From Eledone cirrhosa (taxonomy: Eukaryota): DNA of 64,000 bases. How positions within the stretch are numbered: position 1 is the first letter of the stretch; the number at the start of each line of letters is the position of its first letter. The position numbers and the translations under genes are program-made. Shown here one piece after another: positions 57,101 through 64,000 of the stretch. The stretch is from contig OZ024743.1 in NCBI GenBank assembly GCA_964016885.1, forward strand, positions 135,284,001 to 135,348,000, written 5' to 3'. A model generated the notes under the pieces. The model made no database searches. It was given only the letters and a program-made list of their open reading frames with translations, and had not been told where the DNA came from.

Positions 57101-60100
57101 TTGGTGCTTGGTGTTCGGTGCTTTGTGCTTGGTGCTTGGTGATTGGTGTTTGGTGTTTGGTGCTTGGTGCTTGGTGTTTGATGTTTGGTCCTTGGTGCTT
57201 GGTGTTTGGTGATTTGTGCTTGGTGCTTGGTGCTTGGTGTTTGGTGCTTGGTGCTTGGTGCTTGGTGTTTGGCGTTTGCTGTTTGCTGTTTGGTGTTTGG
57301 TGTTTGCTGTTTGGTGTTTGGTGCTTGGTGTTTGGTGCTTGGTGCTTGCTGTTTGGTGTTTGGTGTTTGGTTCTTGGTGCTTGGTGTTTGGTGCTTGGTG
57401 CTTGGTGTTTGGTGCTTGGTGCCTGGTGCTTGGTGTTTGGTGTTTGGTGCTTGGTGCCTGGTGCTTGGTGTTTGGTGCTTGGTGCTTGGTGTTAGGTGAT
57501 TGGTGCTTGGTGTTTGGTGCTTGGTGCTTGGTGCTTGGTGCTTGGTGTTAGGCGTTTGGTGCTTGGTGCTTGGTGTTTGATGTTTGGTCCTTGGTGCTTG
57601 GTGTTTGGTATTTGGTGCTTGGTGCTTGGTGTTTGGTGTTTGGTGCTTGGTGATTGGTGCTTGGTGTTTTGTGCTTTTTGCTTGGTGTTTAGTGTTTGGT
57701 GCTAGGGTCTTGGTGCTTGGTGCTTGGTGCTTGGTGCTTGGTGATTGGTGCTTGGTGTTTTGTGCTTTTTGCTTGGTGTTTAGTGTTTGGTGCTAGGGTC
57801 TTGGTGCTTGGTGTTTGGTGCTTGGTGTTTGGTGCTTGGTGTTTGGTGCTTGCTGTTTGGTGCTTGGTGCTTGGTGTTTGGTGTTTGGTGTTTGGTGCTT
57901 GGTGCTTGGTGTTTGGTGCTTGGTGCTTGGTGCTTGGTGCTTGGTCTTTGGTGCTTGGTGCTTGGTGATTAGTGTTTGGTGATTGGTGCTTGGGGTTTGG
58001 TGTTTGGTACTTGGTGTTTGGTGCTTGGTGCTTGCTGTTTGGTGTTTGGTGTTTGGTTCTTGGTGCTTGGTGTTTGGTGTTTGGTGTTTGGTGCTTGGTG
58101 CTTGGTGCTTGGTGTTTGGTGCTTGGTGCTTGGTGCTTGGTGTTTGGTGCTGCATGCTTGGTGTTTGGTGTTTGGTGCTTGGTGCCTGCTGCTTGTTGTT
58201 TGGTGTTTGGTGCTAAGTGCTTGGTGTTTGGTGTTTAGTGCTTGGTGCTTGGTGGCTGGTGTTTGGTGCTTGGTGTTTGGTGTTTGGTGCTTGGTGCTTG
58301 GTGCCTGGTGTTTCGTGCTTGGTGCTTGGTGCTTGGTGTTTGGTGTTTGGTGCCTGGTGGTTGGTGTTTGGTGTTTGGTGCTTGGTGCTTGGTGTTTGGT
58401 GCTTGGTGCTTGGTTTTTGGTGTTTGGTGCTTGGTACCTGGTGCTTGTTGTTTGGTGTTTGGTGCTTGGTGCTTGGTGCTTGGTGTTTGGTGCTTGGTGT
58501 CTGGTGTTTGGTGCTTGGTGCTTGGTGCTTGGTGTTTGGTGTTTGGTGCTTGGTGCTTGGTGTTTGGTGTTTGGTGCTGGGTGCTTGGAGTTTGGTGCTT
58601 GGTGCTTGGTGCTTAGTGCTTGGTGTTTGGTGTTTGGTGCTTGGTGTTTGGTGTTTGGTGTTTGATGCTTGGTGTGTGCTGCTTGGTGCTTGGTGCTTGG
58701 TGTTTTGTGTTTGGTGCTTGGTGCTTGGTGCCTGGTTCTTGGTGCTTGGTGCTTGTTGTTTGGTGCTTGGTGCTTGGTGATTAGTGTTTGGTGCTTGGTG
58801 CTTGGGGTTTGCTGTTTGGTGCTTGGTGCTTGGTGTTTGGTGTTTGGTGTTTGGTGCTTGGTGTCTGGTGTTTGGTGTTTGGTGTTTGGTGCTTGGTGCT
58901 TGGTGTTTGGGTTTTGGTGCTTGGTGCTTGGTGTTTGGTGTTTGGTGCTTGGTGTTTGGTGTTTGGTGCTTGGTGTTTGGTGATTGGTGCTTGGTGCTTG
59001 GTGTTTGGTGCTGGGTGCTTGGTGCTTGGTGTTTGGTGTTTGGTGCTTGGTGCCTGGTGTTTGGTGTTTGGTGTTTGATGCTTGGTGTTTGATGCTTGGT
59101 GCGTGGGACTTAGTGTTTGGTGTTTGGTGCTTGGTGTTTGGTGCTTGGTGTTTGGGGCTTGGTGTTCGGTGCTTGGTGCTTGCTGCTTGGTGCTTGGTGT
59201 TTGGTGTTTGGTGCTTGGTGCTTGGTGTTTGATGTTGGGTCCTTAGTGCTTGGTGCTTGGTGTTTGGTGTTTGGTGCTTGCTGCTTGCTGCTTGTTGTTT
59301 CGTTCTTTGTGATTGGTGCTTGGTGCTTGGTGTTTGGTGCTTGGTGCTTGGTGTTTGGTGTTTGGTGTTTGGTGCTTGGGGCTTGGTGTTTTGTGCTTGG
59401 TGCTTGGTGCTTGGTGTTTGGTGTTTGGTGTTTGGTGCTTGCTGTTTGGTGCTTGGTGCTTGGTTCTGGGTGGTTGGTGTTTGCTGCTTGGTGCTTGGTG
59501 TTTGGTGCTTGGTGCTTGGTGCTTGTTGTTTGGTGCCTGGTGCTTGGTGCTTGGTCTTTGGTGCTTGGTGTTTGGTGTTTGGTGCTTGGTGCTTGGTGCT
59601 TGGTGTTTGGTGCTTGGTGCTTGGTGCTTGGTGTTTGGTGCTTGGTGCTTGGTGATTAGTGTTTGTTGCTTGGTGCTTGGGGTTTGATGGTTGGTGCTTG
59701 GTGCTTGGTGTTTGGTGTTTGGTGTTTGGTGTTTGGTGTTTGCTGTTTGGTGTCTGCTTTTTGGTGTTTGGTGTTTGCTGTATGGTGTTTGCTGTTTCGT
59801 ATTTGGTTTTTGCTGTTTGGTGTTTGGTGTTTGCTGTTTGGTGTTTGGTGTTTGGTGTTTGGTGCTTGGTGCTTGGTGTTTGGTGCTTGGTGCTTGGTTT
59901 TTGGTGTTTGGTGCTTGGTACCTGGTGCTTGTTGTTTGGTGTTTGGTGCTTGGTGCTTGGTGCTTGGTGTTTGGTGCTTGGTGTCTGGTGTTTGGTGCTT
60001 GGTGCTTGGTGCTTGGTGTTTGGTGTTTGGTGCTTGGTGCTTGGTGTTTGGTGTTTGGTGCTGGGTGCTTGGAGTTTGGTGCTTGGTGCTTGGTGCTTAG

Positions 60101-62195
60101 TGCTTGGTGTTTGGTGTTTGGTGCTTGGTGCTTGGTGTTTGGTGTTTGCTGCTTGGTGTGTGCTGCTTGGTGTTTGGTGTTTGATGCTTGGTGTGTGCTG
60201 CTTGGTGCTTGGTGCTTGGTGTTTTGTGTTTGGTGCTTGGTGCTTGGTGCCTGGTTCTTGGTGCTTGGTGCTTGTTGTTTGGTGCTTGGTGCTTGGTGAT
60301 TAGTGTTTGGTGCTTGGTGCTTGGGGTTTGCTGTTTGGTACTTGGTGCTTGGTGTTTGGTGCTTGGTGCTTGGTGTTTGGTGTTTGGTGTTTGGTGCATG
60401 GTGTCTGGTGTTTGGTGTTTGGTGTTTGGTGCTTGGTGCTTGGTGTTTGGGTTTTGGTGCTTGGTGCTTGGTGTTTGGTGTTTGGTGCTTGGTGTCTGGT
60501 GTTTGGTGCTTGGTGTTTGGTGCTTGGTGCTTGGTGCTTGGTGTTTGGTGCTGGGTGCTTGGTGCTTGGTGTTTGGTGTTTGGTGTTTGATGCTTGGTGT
60601 TTGATGCTTGTTGCTTGGTGCTTGGTGTTTTGTGTTTGGTGTTTGGTGCTTGGTGTATGTACTTGGTGCTTGGTGTTTGGTGCTTGGTTCTTGGTGTTTG
60701 GTGATTGGTGCTTGGTGCTTGGTGTTTGGTGCTTGGTGCTTGGTGTTTGGTACTTGGTGCTTGGTGTTTGGTGTTTGGTGCTTGGTGTTTGGTGCTTGGT
60801 GCTTGGTGCTTGTTGCTTGGTGTTATGTGTTTGGTGCTTGGTGTTTGGTGGTGGTGCTTGGTGTTTGGTGCTTGGTGCCTGGTGCTTGGTGTTTGGTGCT
60901 TGGTGTTTGGTGCTTGGTGTTTGGTGCTTGGTGCTCGGTGCTTTGTGCTTGGTGCTTGGTGATTGGTGTTTGGTGTTTGGTGCTTGATGCTTGGTGTTTG
61001 ATGTTTGGTCCTTGGTGCTTGGTGTTTGGTGATTTGTGCTTGGTGCTTGGTGCTTGGTGTTTGGTGCTTGGTGCTTGGTGCTTGGTGTTTGGCGTTTGCT
61101 GTTTGCTGTTTGCTGTTTGGTGTTTGCTGTTTGGTGTTTGGTGCTTGGTGTTTGGTGCTTGGTGCTTGCTGTTTGGTGTTTGGTGTTTGGTTCTTGGTGC
61201 TTGGTGTTTGGTGCTTGGTGCTTGGTGTTTGGTGCTTGGTGCCTGGTGCTTGGTGTTTGGTGTTTGGTGCTTGGTGCCTGGTGCTTGGTGTTTGGTGCTT
61301 GGTGCTTGGTGTTAGGTGATTGGTGCTTGGTGTTTGGTGCTTGGTGCTTGGTGCTTGGTGCTTGGTGTTAGGCGTTTGGTGCTTGGTGCTTGGTGTTTGA
61401 TGTTTGGTCCTTGGTGCTTGGTGTTTGGTATTTGGTGCTTGGTGCTTGGTGTTTGGTGTTTGGTGCTTGGTGATTGGTGCTTGGTGTTTTGTGCTTTTTG
61501 CTTGGTGTTTGGTGTTTGGTGCTAGGGTCTTGGTGCTTGGTGTTTGGTGTTTGGTGCTTAGTGCGTGGGGGCTTGGTGTTTGGTGCTTGGTGTTTGGTGC
61601 TTGGTGTTTGGTGCTTGCTGTTTGGTGCTTGGTGCTTGGTGTTTGGTGTTTGGTGTTTGGTGCTTGGTGCTTGGTGTTTGGTGCTTGGTGCTTGGTGCTT
61701 GGTGCTTGGTGCTTGGTCTTTGGTGCTTGGTGCTTGGTGATTAGTGTTTGGTGATTGGTGCTTGGGGTTTGGTGTTTGGTACTTGGTGTTTGGTGCTTGG
61801 TGCTTGCTGTTTGGTGTTTGGTGTTTGGTTCTTGGTGCTTGGTGTTTGGTGTTTGGTGTTTGGTGCTTGGTGCTTGGTGCTTGGTGTTTGGTGCTGCATG
61901 CTTGGTGTTTGGTGTTTGGTGCTTGGTGCCTGCTGCTTGTTGTTTGGTGTTTGGTGCTAAGTGCTTGGTGTTTGGTGTTTGGTGCTTGGTGCTTGGTGGC
62001 TGGTGTTTGGTGCTTGGTGTTTGGTGTTTGGTGCTTGGTGCTTGGTGCCTGGTGTTTCGTGCTTGGTGCTTGGTGTTTGGTGTTTGGTGTTTGGTGCCTG
62101 GTGGTTGGTGTTTGGTGTTTGGTGCTTGGTGCTTGGTGTTTGGTGCTTGGTGCTTGGTTTTTGGTGTTTGGTGCTTGGTACCTGGTGCTTGTTGT
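48126..62195 (+). repeat. Tandem duplication of about 7.0 kb (copies ~48126-55150 and ~55151-62195)
   Basis: Offsets 7025 (48311/55336, 49322/56347, 50471/57496), 7052 (50920/57972, 52065/59117, 53045/60097) and 7045 (53960/61005, 54699/61744). Confidence 0.93.
57645..57815 (+). repeat. 91-bp (13-unit) local tandem duplication private to the second 7-kb copy
   Basis: GATTGGTGCTTGGTGTTTTGTGCTTTTTGCTTGGTGTTTAGTGTTTGGTGCTAGGGTC occurs at ~57652 and ~57743, but only once in the sister copy (~50627). Confidence 0.9.
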
Positions 62196-64000
62196 TTGGT
62201 GTTTGGTGCTTGGTGCTTGGTGCTTGGTGTTTGGTGCTTGGTGTCTGGTGTTTGGTGCTTGGTGCTTGGTGCTTGGTGTTTGGTGTTTGGTGCTTGGTGC
62301 TTGGTGTTTGGTGTTTGGTGCTGGGTGCTTGGAGTTTGGTGCTTGGTGCTTGGTGCTTAGTGCTTGGTGTTTGGTGTTTGGTGCTTGGTGTTTGGTGTTT
62401 GGTGTTTGATGCTTGGTGTGTGCTGCTTGGTGCTTGGTGCTTGGTGTTTTGTGTTTGGTGCTTGGTGCTTGGTGCCTGGTTCTTGGTGCTTGGTGCTTGT
62501 TGTTTGGTGCTTGGTGCTTGGTGATTAGTGTTTGGTGCTTGGTGCTTGGGGTTTGCTGTTTGGTGCTTGGTGCTTGGTGTTTGGTGCTTGGTGCTTGGTG
62601 TTTGGTGTTTGGTGTTTGGTGCTTGGTGTCTGGTGTTTGGTGTTTGGTGTTTGGTGCTTGGTGCTTGGTGTTTGGGTTTTGGTGCTTGGTGCTTGGTGTT
62701 TGGTGTTTGGTGCTTGGTGTTTGGTGTTTGGTGCTTGGTGTTTGGTGCTTGGTGCTTGGTGCTTGGTGTTTGGTACTGGGTGCTTGGTGCTTGGTGTTTG
62801 GTGTTTGGTGCTTGGTGCCTGGTGTTTGGTGTTTGGTGTTTGATGCTTGGTGTTTGATGCTTGGTGCGTGGGACTTAGTGTTTGGTGTTTGGTGCTTGGT
62901 GTTTGGTGCTTGGTGTTTGGGGCTTGGTGTTCGGTGCTTGGTGCTTGCTGCTTGGTGCTTGGTGTTTGGTGTTTGGTGCTTGGTGCTTGGTGTTTGATGT
63001 TGGGTCCTTAGTGCTTGGTGCTTGGTGTTTGGTGTTTGGTGCTTGCTGCTTGCTGCTTGTTGTTTCGTTCTTTGTGATTGGTGCTTGGTGCTTGGTGTTT
63101 GGTGCTTGGTGCTTGGTGTTTGGTGTTTGGTGTTTGGTGCTTGGGGCTTGGTGTTTGTGCTTGGTGCTTGGTGCTTGGTGTTTGGTGTTTGGTGTTTGGT
63201 GCTTGCTGTTTGGTGCTTGGTGCTTGGTTCTGGGTGGTTGGTGTTTGCTGCTTGGTGCTTGGTGTTTGGTGCTTGGTGCTTGGTGCTTGTTGTTTGGTGC
63301 TTGGTGCTTGGTGCTTGGTCTTTGGTGCTTGGTGTTTGGTGTTTGGTGCTTGGTGCTTGGTGCTTGGTGTTTGGTGCTTGGTGCTTGGTGCTTGGTGTTT
63401 GGTGCTTGGTGCTTGGTGATTAGTGTTTGTTGCTTGGTGCTTGGGGTTTGGTGGTTGGTGCTTGGTGCTTGGTGTTTGGTGTTTGGTGTTTGGTGTTTGG
63501 TGTTTGCTGTTTGGTGTCTGCTTTTTGGTGTTTGGTGTTTGCTGTATGGTGTTTGCTGTTTCGTATTTGGTTTTTGCTGTTTGGTGTTTGGTGTTTGCTG
63601 TTTGGTGTTTGGTGTTTGGTGTTTGGTGCTTCGTGCTTGGTGTTTGGTGCTTGGTGCTTGGTTTTTGGTGTTTGGTGCTTGGTACCTGGTGCTTGTTGTT
63701 TGGTGTTTGGTGCTTGGTGCTTGGTGCTTGCTGTTTGGTGCTTGGTGTCTGGTGTTTGGTGCTTGGTGCTTGGTGCTTGGTGTTTGGTGTTTGGTGCTTG
63801 GTGCTTGGTGTTTGGTGTTTGGTGCTGGGTGCTTGGAGTTTGGTGCTTGGTGCTTGGTGCTTAGTGCTTGGTGTTTGGTGTTTGGTGCTTGGTGCTTGGT
63901 GTTTGGTGTTTGATGCTTGGTGTGTGCTGCTTGGTGTTTGGTGTTTGATGCTTGGTGTGTGCTGCTTGGTGCTTGGTGCTTGGTGTTTTGTGTTTGGTGC

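Larger units (their letters stand above)
1..64000 (+). repeat. Heptanucleotide satellite array (TTGGTGY)n, about 9,100 units, running off both window ends
   Basis: Every line parses as TTGGTGC/TTGGTGT with scattered single-base variants (TTGATGT, TTGCTGC, TTGGTGA, TTAGTGT, CTGGTGC, TTGGTCC). The + strand is G/T-rich and nearly lacks A throughout, with no orientation switch. Confidence 0.99.

Noticed and set aside
8581-60399. Minus-strand ORFs (281, 130, 100, 931, 120 aa etc.) resembling mucin-like S/T/P-rich proteins
   Set aside because: The minus strand has almost no T, so stops are rare by composition. Starts are chance CAT variants. There is no signal peptide or unique domain, and many higher-order periods (2198, 3274, 3878, 7025) are not multiples of 3.
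44-63913. Hundreds of overlapping + strand ORFs encoding hydrophobic (WCLVLGA)n peptides
   Set aside because: They occur in all three frames at once, mostly start at TTG/GTG supplied by the repeat, end at sporadic variant units, and contain no non-repeat sequence. They are translation artefacts of a heptamer.
1-64000. CRISPR array or other repeat-spacer system
   Set aside because: There are no unique spacers. All sequence between recurring markers is itself heptamer repeat, and no cas or other genes are present.
1-64000. Fungal RIP signature
   Set aside because: RIP would convert the abundant TG (CpA on the minus strand) to TA extensively, but TG-to-TA variants are rare.

Overview
The whole 64-kb window is one uninterrupted, single-orientation tandem array of the heptamer TTGGTGY (TTGGTGC/TTGGTGT; reverse strand GCACCAA/ACACCAA), about 9,100 units. 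I found no genes, RNA genes, transposons, CRISPR arrays or unique-sequence islands. The listed ORFs are translations of the repeat: (WCLV[L/F]G[A/V])n on + and (TKHQ[A/T]P[S/N])n on -. The information lies in rare variant units and in the order of C- and T-ending units. These show nested higher-order duplications with offsets of 91, 300, 531, about 2020-2570, 2198, 3274, 3843/3878, 4320, about 7025-7052, about 10.5 kb and 12449 bp, plus a left-to-right turnover of diagnostic variants. The best reading is a recently and repeatedly amplified simple-sequence satellite, probably eukaryotic and possibly centromeric, heterochromatic or subtelomeric. Organism and function cannot be determined from this window. 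I found no supportable novel protein-coding system. Block boundaries were read by eye and are approximate.
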